Assembly: GCA_963802675.1 (NCBI GenBank)
Contig: CAWDJL010000003.1
Span: 265,158-329,157, forward strand
Direction: 5' to 3'
DNA: 64,000 bases
DNA from: an uncultured Acidobacteriota bacterium
GTDB lineage: Bacteria; Acidobacteriota; Vicinamibacteria; Vicinamibacterales; UBA2999
Part shown: positions 10,571 through 22,380 of the stretch, in pieces
Layout of the letters: every line of letters begins with the position of its first letter
Numbering within the stretch: the first letter of the stretch is position 1
The notes under the pieces: generated by a model
What the model saw: only the letters and a program-made list of their open reading frames with translations
Databases searched by the model: none
Told to the model about the DNA's origin: nothing
Made by a program: the position numbers and the translations under genes

Positions 10571-11647
10571 ATGTCGAACACGGCCGTGGATTCCTGGCGG
10601 CATCCGCACCCGACTTCGATCGACACCCCTAAGGAACCGATCGAGGTTTCTGTGGTTATTCCCTGCCTCAACGAGGATGAAACGGTCGGCGTCTGTGTCG
10701 AGAAGGCCGTGCAAGCCCTGGCCCAGGCCAACCTTTCAGGCGAGGTCATCGTTGCGGACAACGGCAGCACGGATGGCTCGGTCGCGATTGCCACGGCACG
10801 CGGCGCCCGTGTGGTGCACGTCCCGCGCCCTGGTTATGGCAATGCTCTGATGGGCGGCATACGAGCCGCGCGCGGCCGTTTCATCGTGATGGGGGATGCC
10901 GACGACAGCTACGACTTCCGCGAGGTGCCTCGATTCGTGGCCGAACTACGTCACGGATATGACCTCGTCCAGGGTTGTCGCCTGCCAACCGGAGGGGGAA
11001 GCGTACTGCCCGGCGCGATGCCGTGGTCACACCGGTGGGTGGGTAACCCCGCGTTGACCAGGCTTGCGCGGGCGATGTTCCGCGCTCCAGTACACGATAT
11101 CTATTGCGGCATGCGGGGCTTCACACGGGAACTCTTCGATCGTCTGGATCTCCAGGCCACCGGCATGGAATTCGCGACCGAGATGATCATCAAGGCCAGC
11201 CTTTTCCGTCAGAAGATTCGCGAGGTGCCAATCACGCTTTCGCCGGATGGTCGTCGCACGCGGCGGCCGCATTTACGGACGTTGCGGGACGGGTGGCGCA
11301 CGCTGCGGTTTTTCCTCGTCTTCTCGCCGCGTTGGCTTTTCTGGTATAGCGGTTGGGCTTTGATGGCTCTCGGCCTGATTGGCTATGCCGTCGCCCTGCC
11401 CGGGGTCACGATTCGCGGCATCACGTTCGATGTCCACACGCTCGTCATTGCCAGCATGGCCCTCCAGTTTGGGTTTCAGTGTGTGGTGTTCGCCGTTCTC
11501 ACCACCACTTATGCGATCAAGCAACGCTTTCGGCCACCGAGCGCGCGAGTCGACCTGTTCTTTCGCATTTTCACTCTCGAACGTGGTGGCATCGCGGGTT
11601 GTGCAGCCATCCTGGCTGGCACGACTGCCGTTGCCGCTGCGGTATGA
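10571..11647 (+). CDS. family 2 glycosyltransferase (polyprenyl-phosphate sugar synthase-like, GtrB/ArnC/Ppm-like) with C-terminal TM region; reading frame continues past an in-frame TGA to 11800
   Basis: VSVVIPCLNEDETV ... ADNGSTDGS ... GDADDSYD (DxD) ... C-terminal TM helices. After TGA 11645-11647 the same frame reads SWYRAEFGALDYPTTMRIVVPGATLITLGTSAILNSFLCSMLGLDRRSAE* (TAG 11798-11800), which looks like the normal C-terminus of this family. Confidence 0.8.
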   Translation: MSNTAVDSWRHPHPTSIDTPKEPIEVSVVIPCLNEDETVGVCVEKAVQALAQANLSGEVIVADNGSTDGSVAIATARGARVVHVPRPGYGNALMGGIRAARGRFIVMGDADDSYDFREVPRFVAELRHGYDLVQGCRLPTGGGSVLPGAMPWSHRWVGNPALTRLARAMFRAPVHDIYCGMRGFTRELFDRLDLQATGMEFATEMIIKASLFRQKIREVPITLSPDGRRTRRPHLRTLRDGWRTLRFFLVFSPRWLFWYSGWALMALGLIGYAVALPGVTIRGITFDVHTLVIASMALQFGFQCVVFAVLTTTYAIKQRFRPPSARVDLFFRIFTLERGGIAGCAAILAGTTAVAAAV

Positions 11648-11834
11648 AGCTGGTATCGCGCGGAATTTGGCGCGCTCGACTATCCAACGACGATGCGCAT
11701 CGTCGTTCCAGGTGCGACGCTGATTACGTTGGGCACATCGGCGATACTCAACAGTTTCCTCTGCAGCATGTTGGGGCTGGATCGCCGTTCCGCCGAATAG
11801 GACACCTGACACGCGCGCCCGATAAAGAGCGCAT

Positions 11835-13334
11835 TCAGTTCTCCAAGCGCTCGCACGAGGGAAACGCAGGTGCTGTGGGCAGCGGCGGTAAGTCCGCGCG
11901 GACGGCGATGAAACTGGTCGCGGTGTCGTGATCGAGACGATAACCATTGGCCGCCAACCAGCTTCGGCGTTTCGTGAATTTAGCCGGGAGCCAGACGTAA
12001 TCGGGTCGTTCGGCAGCCAGCCACTCGTCGCCCCGGGCCAGGCCCGCTGCAACTGCCCTCTGGGTCTCCTGGGCGGCTTCCGAGTAGACAGTCTCCCTGC
12101 GACCATCCCACGAGACTTTCAATCGCGGCGAAAGATGCCAGATCGCATACTGGCCCCAATCGAACCACACCGCGAGGCGTCCAGTGCCATGGGTCGCATG
12201 CAACCGCGCGACTCCGGCCGGGTCCTGATCGCCGATTGGTACGCAGGAAAACGTCGCGCGCACCACCGGTACGACCAGTGACGCAATCACAAGGAGAGGA
12301 ACCAATACGACGCCTGCGGCGGCACGTGAGGGCGCTCGCCACTCCCACATGTGTCGAGGCCAACGGGCGGCGGCTGACTGGGGCGATCAACAGCAGGGTG
12401 ACCGGCACGGCGAGGTAGGCGATACGCGCGACCGTGGTCCCCGCGTACCACAGCATCAAGATCACGGCTGTGGCCGGCCACGAAGGCCAAAGTCGCCAAA
12501 CGAGCATCGCGCTGACCGTGCCCGCGAGCGGTAGCCATAGCTGCGGCACTTTCGTCCACAGTGGCTGCCATTCGACGATGTCGCGGCCCGGCCGTACGGT
12601 CTCGAGCAGAAATCGCCAGAGGTCGATGCCATACGGGTTGACCAGAGTCGCGAGAGCGGCGACGACTGGCATCAGTAGCCAAAGCCAAGGAACCGAACGC
12701 GACTCCCGCCACGACAGCACGGCCGCGACCGTCGCCCACAAGCCCGACGACGCCCATTCCAAGAATGACGCCGCCATGGAGATTGATCCAGGCCGTGAAA
12801 AGGAGGGCGATTGCTCCGAGCACTCTAACGTTGGGCGACCGTTGCAGCAGGCTCACCAGAATCAATAGGCAGAGCAGGGTCCATATTTGAGGCCGCGTCG
12901 TCCGAGTGACGGGTACGGCCCCGAAAGCCGCGATGACCATGGCGACAAAGGTCATGAGCGGATGCACCGGCCTCCACGCTCGCCACAGGAACGCGAATGC
13001 GCTGAAGACGACGCCAAGCTTGAGGAGCAGCATTCCCGACGAAGCCCGCGGTCTGGAACGCGGCCGCCATCAGGAGCTCGCTCAGCCATTCATGATTGAC
13101 CCACGGCACGTCCTGGGTGAACGAGTACGGATCGACGGCCGTCAGCTGGCGCTGAGCGAGGATGTCAAGGCCGAATCGCAGATGTCCCCAGAAATCCGGG
13201 TCGCCCGCGACGCCGGAGACCAGCAGCGCAACGACGAGCCAGGTCGCACCAGTCACCGCCCACGTGAGGTCAATGGACGCGCTATCGCTTTTGTCCGCCG
13301 AGCCAGGCCGGCGCAGCAGCTCTATTTGACGCAC
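11835..13334 (-). pseudogene. uncharacterised polytopic membrane protein, paralog A (candidate GT-C-like); three +1 junctions
   Basis: Four ORF pieces align end to end with paralog B: GDPDFWGHLRFGLDILAQRQLTAVDPYSFTQD ... WINLHGGVILG ... NPYGIDLWRFLLE ... GRLAVWFDWGQYAIWHLSPRLKVSWDGRRETVYSE ... SWLAANGYRLDHDT. Junctions near 13030, 12770 and 12350. Confidence 0.65.
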
Positions 13335-14903
13335 TGTCCCAGCGCCTCGGCTTGCGGAAGGATCGGCAGGTCGTTTCTCACAGCAATGTAGCTTTCGTCC
13401 GTATCATGATCCAGGCGATAGCCATTCGCAGCGAGCCACGACCGTCGTGCCGTAAAGGCTGCAGGAAGCCAGACGTACTCGGGCTTGACCTTTAGTAACC
13501 AATCGTCGCCCTCGGGGTATCCTCTGGCGACTGCGCTCTGCGTTTCAAGCGTTGCTTCGCTGTAGAGCGTTTCTCGTCGCCCGTCCACAGACACTTTGAG
13601 CCTGGGGGCAAGGTGCCACAGCGCATATTGACCCCAGTTGAACCAGACGACGAGCCTCCCTTCACCCTGCGTCGCGGCCAGACGTGCCGACCCCCTGCGC
13701 ATCCTGATCACCGATTCGAAGGCACTCAAACGGAGTGCGCACGGATGGCCAGACTGCCAGCGCGGTTGCCGCCAATGGAACCACCATCAGCCAGGCGGCG
13801 GCCCTGGATGGCGCACGCCAATGCCACCTGGATGCGGGCCATCGCGCCGCCGCAACGGGCGCGATGAGCATGACTGTCAGTGGAACGGCAAGGTACGCGA
13901 TACGCGCGACGAAGATACCGCCGCACCACAGCAGAAGGATCACAGACGTAGCCGGCCAGTCGGGCCACAGTCGAAAGGCCGTTACGACAACCAACAGGAC
14001 GACGAAGGGCAGCCACTCCTGCGGCCGTTGGCTCCACAGCGGCCACCATTCAACGATGGTGGGTCTTGGTCCGGCTGTTTCCCATAGGAATTGCCAAAGC
14101 CCCACGCCATACGGCGTGGCGACAGTCGCCACGCCAACAACGGCCGGCGTAATGACGCAGAGCCAAGGGACTCTGCCGGTCGAACGCCATTGCTGTATTC
14201 CCTGAACGCAGCACCACAAGCCCAGGACCGCGAGGCCAAGGATGAATCCACCATGCAAGTTGGCCCACGCGATGAAGATCGCCACCAGAACTGCAACACG
14301 CGGAGCCGTGAGCTCCCGTTGGAGAGTGGCCATCGTTAGCAGAAGCCCCAGGAGCGTCCACACCTGTGGCCTGGTCGCGCGAACGACCCACAGCGCACCC
14401 AATGCGCCAAGAATCAGAAACGCGCCCGCCACGATTGGATGAACCCCTCGCCATGCGCGCCAGATGACCCAGTAGGCGATGCCTACAACGGTGTTCTTCA
14501 GCAGGAGGACGGCGGGGATCCCGCCGACGGAATAGGCGAGGCCCAGGAGAACGGCGCCCAGCCATTCGTGGTAGACGATCGGTCGATCCTGCGTAAAAGA
14601 ATACGGATCGACGGTTGGAAGATCGCGGGCGGCGATGACATCGAGACCGAAGCGAATGTGCCCCCAGAGGTCAGGATCATTGGAGGCTCCGACCAGCAAG
14701 AGGATCAGGATCATCCACGTCATGACGGTGACGACCCATCGAAGATCCTGTTCTGCTACCTGCTGCGTTGCGGTGGGCGCAACGTTTGAACCGCGTACGG
14801 GGGCGTCGCCTGTCGACGCGCTCACCTCAGACAGCGACGCGGACACCTTGTTGGGATGCGGGAATGGCGGGTTTGGCCGGCTTGGTTCGCCAGATGAATC
14901 CAT
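13322..14903 (-). pseudogene. uncharacterised polytopic membrane protein, paralog B (candidate GT-C-like); one +1 junction near 13695
   Basis: 413-aa piece plus 135-aa piece: IGDQDAQGV|ARLAATQGEGRLVVWFNWGQYALWHLAPRLKVSVDGRRETLYSE. About 11 TM helices, then a soluble C-domain. The start is uncertain because the 5' 77 nt overlap the upstream gene. Confidence 0.65.
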
Positions 14904-15933
14904 CGACGATGAAATGATGCAGGTTGATGATCACGGTCATCATCAGCACGCTCTGCGAGAGCGTAAACCCGAGTGGGAGGTACGCCATCGGCACGACGAA
15001 GAAGAGGAATCCGGCGAGCACGAACGACATCACGTAGAAGCTGGTGATGTAGAACGCCGGTCGATGCAGCGCTCCCAGGGCCGGATTGTCCTTCGCCATT
15101 CGCTCCTTTGCGTGTAGTGCGACGACGATGACCATGTACTGAATGGAGTGGAGGATGGCCGACCACCAGAACGCGGCGAGATAGTCAACCGTCAACCACC
15201 AGATGCCGTTGGTCACCTGGAGCAGCGGCACGATCAGCGGAACGTTCTTCCCTCGCAGCCGATGAAGTTGCCAGAAGAGCAGAACCGGCAATCCGAAAGT
15301 GCCAACGCTGACGAGCGCAACGATCCCGCTATGAATGGTCGGAAGCAGGGGGATGCTGGCCAGCCGTTCCGGAGACACCAGCCAGGCGAGTCCGCGATCC
15401 GATGCCGTGAGGAGTGCGAAAACGAACGGCAGCAGACAGACCCACCAAATCAGGTTCTTGTCGCGCTGATCCAGCTTGGCGCCGGACCGCATGGCGTACA
15501 TCACGGCCACCCCGTAGGCCTGTGCGGCGTAGTGATACGGCGACCATGAGAGGTACAGGGCCATCAGGTTCTTCCCGAGCGTTTCCCAGTAGAGGCCCAT
15601 GCCTACGACCAGAAGGCAAATCACCGGGAATCCCCAGCTCAGAAAAGGAAACTCTTCCTTAGCCCCGGGCTTGGTATAGAGGCGCAGGGTCGACGCCGCG
15701 AAGTGAGCCCCGTTGATCAGGATGAACGTGTAGATCGAGATGCTCGGGTCCACCGAGGCAAGCCGCGGGTAGAAATAGACGGCGATGAAGATCGGAATCG
15801 TGATGCCGCCGCCGACCAGGAGGTAGTCGATCACCGGGTGCATGAACGTCTTGCCCACGAGTCCCTTGATCCCCCCAAAAGGGTCGGGCCGCGCCGGAAC
15901 CGGTATGGCGGTCGTTACATGCATGGCAGACAA
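14827..15933 (-). CDS. polytopic membrane protein of unknown function with conserved-looking His/Tyr motifs
   Basis: Intact 368-aa ORF with about 9-10 TM helices. Motifs: NGAHFAASTLRLY, WSPYHYAAQAYG, ILHSIQYMVIV, NLHHFIVDGFIWR. I do not recognise a family. Confidence 0.6.
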   Translation of the reverse strand: MSAMHVTTAIPVPARPDPFGGIKGLVGKTFMHPVIDYLLVGGGITIPIFIAVYFYPRLASVDPSISIYTFILINGAHFAASTLRLYTKPGAKEEFPFLSWGFPVICLLVVGMGLYWETLGKNLMALYLSWSPYHYAAQAYGVAVMYAMRSGAKLDQRDKNLIWWVCLLPFVFALLTASDRGLAWLVSPERLASIPLLPTIHSGIVALVSVGTFGLPVLLFWQLHRLRGKNVPLIVPLLQVTNGIWWLTVDYLAAFWWSAILHSIQYMVIVVALHAKERMAKDNPALGALHRPAFYITSFYVMSFVLAGFLFFVVPMAYLPLGFTLSQSVLMMTVIINLHHFIVDGFIWRTKPAKPAIPASQQGVRVAV

Positions 15934-16116
15934 CGGCTTTCTGTAATCCTGCGCAATTGCGCCTCACGTGCGGCAATCTTGTGAGGGCGGCCTGCTCTAA
16001 CCAGCCCGGAAACCCTTTGGGTCGGCGCTGCGAGGGCTCCGTCTACAAGGCCCGTACCGGCCGCAAGCCCCACAGCACGTATCGGCCCCAGGCGGCCGAC
16101 AGTTTAGCTGGACTAT

Positions 16117-17772
16117 ATGACCAGGTTTGCGAACAGCCCTTGCGAAAGGTGCCGATACATTAGGCCGCTGATGCTCTTCGGGTCTCGCCCGGCTACTCTG
16201 GGCTTCGCTGCCATCCTCGTCGCGCTGGCGGTGGCCTACGGAACGTTCTGGTTGCCCCGGCCGCCGGAATCTTCCACGACGACGGCGTCTATCTGGTCAC
16301 CGCAAAGGCTTTAGCCGAGGGCAGCGGTTATCGCATCGTCAGTTTGCCTTGGGAGCCGGCACAGACGAAGTATCCAGTCCTCTTTCCGTTTCTGCTCTCT
16401 CTCGTCTGGCGCGTGTTTCCCGTATTCCCTGAGAACTTGCCGTTTCTTCGCCTCGTCCCGCTAGGCTTTGCAGTCGTCTGGTTGGCGCTCTCGTGCCGGT
16501 TACTTCGTGCCGTGGGTGAGACCAGGGAACGTGCCATCCTGGGGCTGACCGTCGTGGCAGTCTCGCCGTGGGTGGTTTTTGTCTCGACCGCAACGCTCGC
16601 GGAGACAGTGTTTGCGACCCTGGTAGTAGCGGCCGTCCTGCTCCTGGTCCGTATCGATAGCGGCGATGTCCGGCGCCTTGCCCCACTGGGTGCCGGCGTG
16701 TTGATGGGTGCTGCGATGCTGACGCGCGCGGCAGGCGCCGCTGCCGCCCTCGCCGGTGTCCTGGTTCTGATCCTCCGCCGACGCTGGCGAGCCGCCGTTG
16801 AATACGCCTTTGGCATCCTGGTCATCTATCTGCCATGGTTGTTGTGGGTCGGCAGCCAGCCACCGCATCGTCGGCGATCGACACGTTCTATGAAGCGTCA
16901 ATCTACGGTAGCTACAACGTGATCACAGACTATTCGTGGGCGGACAAGCTGACAGTCGTCGGGCTCAATGCGATCGACCTCGCGTCGATTGGCCAGTTCT
17001 GGGGCCTCGCCAATGGCACTTGGGCAGGGATCGCCGTCGGGCTCGTCGGCACAACTCTGGTTCTGCGCGGTCTCTGGCGGGCTCGGACCAACCCGATCGC
17101 GGTGATTGTCGTTATCTATCTCGGTATGCTGCTGCTCTTTGTCTGGCCGCCGTTCCGCTACGTGGTGCCGATCATGCCGCTCCTGGTTTGGTTGGCCATC
17201 AAGGGGGCGGGAACACGAATGCGCAGTTGCCGAGGGATTGGCGTTGCTGCTCTTCGTGACTGGTAGTTTGGCACTTACTAACACGACGCTTGTGGTTCAT
17301 CGGAAGGGAGGGACCTGGTACAACGCCGGTGGCGTCGATGATTGGAACGAAATGCGGGCGCAGTACCGACTGGATCGCCCGCGAAACCCCGAGAGACTCG
17401 GTGATCGCAGGTGTGCATGACCCAACCTATTACCTGTTTACCGGACGAAAGGCGCTACGTCCGTTCAGTTTCAAGCCGATCCTGCTCTCTTACAACGTGC
17501 GTCGAAGCCCGGAGAATCCCTTTGGGACCGCCACCGATCTTCGAGATCGCCTCATGGCGATGAAGGCTGATTACCTCGTCCTCACTCCCCGTGACGGGGT
17601 GGAGCGATTGGCAAACGAATTACTCGCGCTCGCGCCCGGCAGTCTCTCGCCGGTGTTCGGGAATGACTCCTCTGGGCACTTGATCTACCGCGTGAATCGT
17701 GTGGTGCTGTCGAACCGCACGAGCGAGGAAATGGGGTTGTCCAAGCCGAGCACGGCGTCGATCCTCAATTGA
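16117..17772 (+). pseudogene. ArnT/PMT-like (GT39/GT83-type) polytopic glycosyltransferase; about 4 frame junctions
   Basis: Pieces join as FHDDGVYLVTAKALAEGSGYRIVSLPWEPAQTKYPVLFPFLLSL ... many TM helices ... C-terminal soluble part DPTYYLFTGRKALRPFS ... ADYLVLTPRD. Junctions near 16255, 16860, 17215 and 17365. The start may be ATG 16171. Confidence 0.6.
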
Positions 17773-19166
17773 GCTGGGTTTCCTGCCGCCGGTACAGCGT
17801 CCAGTCAATACCCACCAGCTCCGAGCTCGGGTAATACCGCCAGCGGATGTATAGGTTCCCCCGCCAATCGCGATAGTGCTCGCCGTCGCCGCGCCCCTCG
17901 CGGATGATGAAGTCGGCTCCGGCAGGCTCCGTCGCTTCGTAAAGCCGGATGCGCCCGCTTCCGAGCACATTGGCGTAGTGATTGACCATCAGCCGTGTCC
18001 GAAACTGCTCTCCCGGCTTGTGACCGGCAGAGCGCACCGTCACGGGCTCGCGCGGCGCGGCTTCCAGGATGTCTGCAAGCGCAGCTTGATACTGGCCCCT
18101 TCCGGTTGACGCGAATTTCGCGAGATGAACCGTGTTGCCGGTGCCGTAGAGCGCGAGTAGGCCGATGGCGAGCGCGCGAGATACGCCCTGGCGGCTGAGC
18201 AGAAATGCGAGCCACTGCGAGATCGGCAGCAGCGCCAGCGCCACCGGAATCAGCAAATAGCGCGGCATCAACACGCGTGGCTGGGTCACAACGATAAACA
18301 GTCCGGGCACGACGAAGCAGCACGCGACATACAGGAGCCATCGGTCATCCTGACGCGCCTTCAGCCATGAGACGGCTGCCACGAACACGGCAGCGCTTGA
18401 TGCCGCCGCGATCCAGACCGTCGGCGCGTCCATGGCTCCACCAACCATCAGCGAAAGCGTTTGCGTCGCCACTTCGAGGAGCCAGTAGGGCGGCCCGCCA
18501 CCAATCCTCATTCCGCGCAGGCTTACCAGGTAGAACACCCCGATCGCTATGCCGGGCACGACGAACGCGCGCAGCGTGATGCGCGTTGCTTTCCGGACCG
18601 AGCCGGTAATCCGTTCGGCGTGCGAGTCCGTCCACAGCAACATCCCGATGAATGCGAGGAGGAAGCTCGCGTGCGCCATCATGGCCAGCACGCTGGACAC
18701 CCAGAAGCCGGCAGCATCCGACGAGCGCTGGGTGTCGCAGTAGCGCAGCAGCCACCAGAGGGCCAGCAGGGTCAGGCAGACGGCCGGGGCGTACCCGCGC
18801 GCCTCCGACGAGTAGTACGCCAGCGGGAACGACCAGGCAAAGACGAGCGCCGTCAGCCCGCCGTTCAATGGCCCGTCGCGTGCGCCAATCCGCCAGGCGA
18901 TGACCACGCTCGCGAGACCCGACACGAACGCGAGGAGACGGTACAAGGCCACATGCTGGCCCGATCCGAGCAGGAAAAGCCACAGCGCCGTTGAGATGGT
19001 GGTTGTTATCGATCCGCAGCGTGAGGAAGATGTCGGTCCATGACTTCAGGGCGAGCACGTCATTGAGCGACCAGACTTCATCGACCCAGAAGTCGGTGAA
19101 CAGACCTGGCAATCGGACGCCAACGGCCAGCAGTCCGACGATGGCAACGACGAGCGCAGACTTCAT
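17765..19166 (-). pseudogene. ArnT/PMT-like polytopic glycosyltransferase; one +1 junction near 18990
   Basis: N-terminal piece MKSALVVAIVGLLAVGVRLPGLFTDFWVDEVWSL...DNNHHLN continues in the 395-aa ORF frame (LWLFLLGSGQHVALYRLLAFVSG...). The C-terminal soluble domain ends ...WRYYPSSELVGIDWTLYRR. Its 3' end overlaps the convergent gene by 8 nt. Confidence 0.6.
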
Positions 19167-19193
19167 GTCGTGGTCGTTTCGGGCAGAGCACGA

Positions 19194-20255
19194 TCAGGAT
19201 GAACGCGACACATGCCTCGAGATGTAGGCGGTCCAAACTCGAAATGACGGCAGGGGTCCACGCCTTAGCACCATCCACAAGCAGGGTAGGTAGCAGCAGA
19301 TGGTGATTACCTGACCGCGCTGGTGGTAGCCTTCCAATACAGAGCTGTCAGGCCATCCTCCCGAGATGAATGGCGTAAGAAACAAGCCCAGGGCGAGTAT
19401 CAATCCCTCAGCCCACGTCTTCGGAATCAAGAACAGTGGCAAGGCTTCGTAGGGGCCAGGGTTGATGGGCAGGCAGCTCATCGCGAGCAGTAATCGCCCC
19501 TCACTCGTGCGCCATCGCCATGCCGCCAGCAACAGCAGCGGGCCGCCCCAGCGCATGACCGGCGGCACCAACTGTGCGGTATCGGCCATTGTTGGCAGCC
19601 AGTGCGTGACCCAAGTCGGCCACACCAGAAACGAAACCGTGATCAAGAGCAGCCCCGAGACGGCAGACTTCCACGAGGGATAGGCGAACCACAGCGCGGC
19701 CCCCATCGTCGGCTTGCATACGAGCAGGAAACCAAGCCATGGCAGGAAGACCGCTCCGATCAGCGCAGGTGTCCACTGCACCGCCAAGATGACCCACAGA
19801 ATCCCGAACGAGGGAATCGCAAGCAGTGCCGGTGACCACACGCTCGTGCGCGTCAGTGCCCAGGTCATCAGCCCCACGCCCAACCCAACGAATAGAGGAT
19901 CGGCCACGCGGATCGGGAGTAGCGCGAACGGAGCCGCCGCGATCAACGCGGTGAATGGGTAGAGCAATTGATTGGGGTAATCGTGGGGGCGGCCGGGTCC
20001 GACGAACGTGTAGGGATCAAGGCCGTTAGCAAACGCGCGCATCCCCGCCCAAACGATCGAGAAGTCGGAGGGCCAGCGCAGCGGTGCACTACGGTGCCAG
20101 AAACAGAGTGCAGCGGCCACGCAGGCGACGCCGAGTGTGAGGGCGACGCGTTGTGCGCGGTGGTTCATGTAGCTATCGCCCGCTCGATCCGACGACTTCG
20201 GGTCAGCATGGATGGGGTCCATTTTGTCGGTGCCATGCAGGGTATCGGCGCTCAT
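19194..20255 (-). CDS. GT87/DUF2029-like polytopic membrane protein
   Basis: Intact 353-aa ORF. SDFSIVWAGMRAFANGLDPYTF ... LLYPFTALIAAAPFALLP ... CKPTMGAALWFAY. Paralog of 20427-21426. Confidence 0.6.
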   Translation of the reverse strand: MSADTLHGTDKMDPIHADPKSSDRAGDSYMNHRAQRVALTLGVACVAAALCFWHRSAPLRWPSDFSIVWAGMRAFANGLDPYTFVGPGRPHDYPNQLLYPFTALIAAAPFALLPIRVADPLFVGLGVGLMTWALTRTSVWSPALLAIPSFGILWVILAVQWTPALIGAVFLPWLGFLLVCKPTMGAALWFAYPSWKSAVSGLLLITVSFLVWPTWVTHWLPTMADTAQLVPPVMRWGGPLLLLAAWRWRTSEGRLLLAMSCLPINPGPYEALPLFLIPKTWAEGLILALGLFLTPFISGGWPDSSVLEGYHQRGQVITICCYLPCLWMVLRRGPLPSFRVWTAYISRHVSRSS

Positions 20256-20426
20256 GGAGCCGTGTGTGAGCGGTAGGCTCTAGGAAGAGCTGAAGGCTGA
20301 CGTCTCAGGCGCCGATCCCCTGTGGTGCTGGCTCTGGCTGCAAGACCTCCACTTCGTCAACTCTCGAGCCCAATGGACTCTCATGAGCGACAAAACCACG
20401 GCAGATTAGACGGCAGCGTTCATCCG

Positions 20427-21426
20427 TCAGAGCCGTTCCCGCTGTTCGCGTCGTGTCATCACCATCCACAGACAGGGTAAGTACAACAGCAATACGATCC
20501 ATTGACCCATTGCCTCCCGTTCCGCCAAGTATTGAGCTCGGTTGCTCCATCCGAGCATCGGCCCGGTTGCCCACGGCACGATCAAACCCACGGCCGCGGA
20601 GCTCAAGAGGAGTAGCAACGCGTGCTCGAATCGTCGAGGAATCAGGAACAACGGCAGGGTTTCGTAATGAAAGTGCGTCTGCGGAACGCAGGCAAGTGCC
20701 ACGAGCAGCCGAGCATCCCATCGACGCCAGTGGAGAAGAGCCAGAAGGATCGACAGGACCACCCCAAAACATGACTGGCGGTTTGAAATGCACTCCTTCT
20801 GATAGCAGCCCGAGCCATCTCTCGGGCCAGGTCGGAAGAAGGGCGATTGAGAGAACTAACAGAACGACGCTGCCGACGAGCGCCCGCTTGGACGGGAATG
20901 CCAGCCACAGCGCCGCGCCAATTGTTGGCTTGCAGGCAAGGACAAAGCCCCAGACGGGAAGGAGCGCGCCACCAATCATCAGGCCCGGCCACTGTGAGAG
21001 TCTAACTGTGGTGATGAACGCCGGAGCGAGCAAGGCGAACCAGGCATAGCGAAACTCCGCTCGCGACGTGATCGCCCAAAGAAATATCGCTGTTCCCATG
21101 CCGACAAACCACGCGTCGGGAAACGGCAAGAAAGAAAAGGGAAGTGCCAATACCACGGCGGTGAAGGGATAAAAGACAGGAAAGGGGCCGGCCCTTACCG
21201 AATAGGGATCGCCGCCGCGCCACCAGACTTCCGCGGCCTGGTTGAGCTGGGCGAAATCGGAATTCGTGTCTAGGTGACTCAGGGCGGCGACCACGGCCGC
21301 GAGAAGGCTCACCCCGATCACGATCCCGAGTCGTCCGCGGCTCCAGGTGTCCGCTAATTGCGCCGGCCGCGCGGGCAGGAGGTGGCGCCACGCGCCAACT
21401 GACGAATCGCGAGGCGAACTGGTCAC
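20427..21426 (-). pseudogene. GT87/DUF2029-like polytopic membrane protein, paralog; one +1 junction near 20765
   Basis: SDFAQLNQAAEVWWRGGDPYSV ... VFYPFTAVVLALPFSFLP ... CKPTIGAALWLAF ... FWGGPV|LSILLALLHWRRWDARLLVALACVP ... continues in the 20427-20762 frame. Collinear with 19194-20255. Confidence 0.6.
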
Positions 21427-21544
21427 CGGCTAATCGCTGCGGCAGTTATCGGCCATGGACGCCAGCCAGTTTAGGCGCATTCTAGGGAGAAGAGCTGAAG
21501 GTGGAGCGCTCAGACACCGATAACGGTGCTGCAAGGGGGGCATC

Positions 21545-22380
21545 TTGGATCGCGTCGGCAAGTCAGTCATCGCTGTGTTTCTAGCAACCGTCGCTGCGGT
21601 GGCCGCGAGCAACCTGCTCGAGGGCGCGCTCCGTCGCCGACGTGATGCGGGCCAGCGATCCTCGAGTCCGGCAACGCCTCTTCGATCTCCTCCAGCCGGT
21701 TTCGCTCGCTAACTGCAAGCTCGAGCGGTTTGGCGAAACCAATGACGGCGGCTACCTGATGTGCGCGAACCTGTTGTCCGAGCTGCAGGGGGCCTACTCG
21801 TACGGAATCTCGGGCTACGACAAGTGGGGCTGCGACACCGCGACGACAGCCGGCGTCCGGCTGCATCAGTACCGACTGCTTCGACTCGCGGCAACCGGCT
21901 TGTCCCACCGGTGACACCGTGTTCCACGCCGAGTGCGTGGCAGGTGTCACGAAGACCGAAGACGGGCGGCCATTCGACACCATCATGAACCACCTGCAGA
22001 GGAATGGCGACTCGGGCAAGCGTATCGCCATGAAGATGGACGTCGAGGGCGCCGAATGGGAATCGCTGCTGGCCGCGCCCGACGCGGTGCTCGAGAGTAT
22101 CGACCAGCTCGCCATCGAGTTCCACTTCGTCCACGAAGAGCGCTTCGTCGAGGTGGTCGAACGCCTGAAGCGTTTCTTTCACGTCGCTCACCTGCACTTC
22201 AACAACGTGAGCTGTCTCGGCGGTATCGAGCCGTTTCCGACGTGGGCCAACGAGGTGCTGTTCGTCAGCAAGCGGATTGGGAAAGTCGACGCGGAGCGCC
22301 GGGTCACACTGCCTCACCCGCTCGATGCCCTCAACAACCCACGTCTTCCCGATTGCACCGCTGCAACGCCACCACCGTGA
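21545..22380 (+). pseudogene. FkbM-type methyltransferase with N-terminal TM anchor; two +1 junctions (about 21640 and 21873)
   Basis: TTG 21545 gives the TM helix SVIAVFLATVAAVAASNLL. Then LLQPVSLANCKLERFGETNDGGYLMC ... AYSYGISGYDKWGC ... VRLHQY|DCFDSRQPACPTGDTVFHAECV ... KMDVEGAEWESLL ... LAIEFHF. The stop overlaps the next start (GTGA). Confidence 0.65.
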
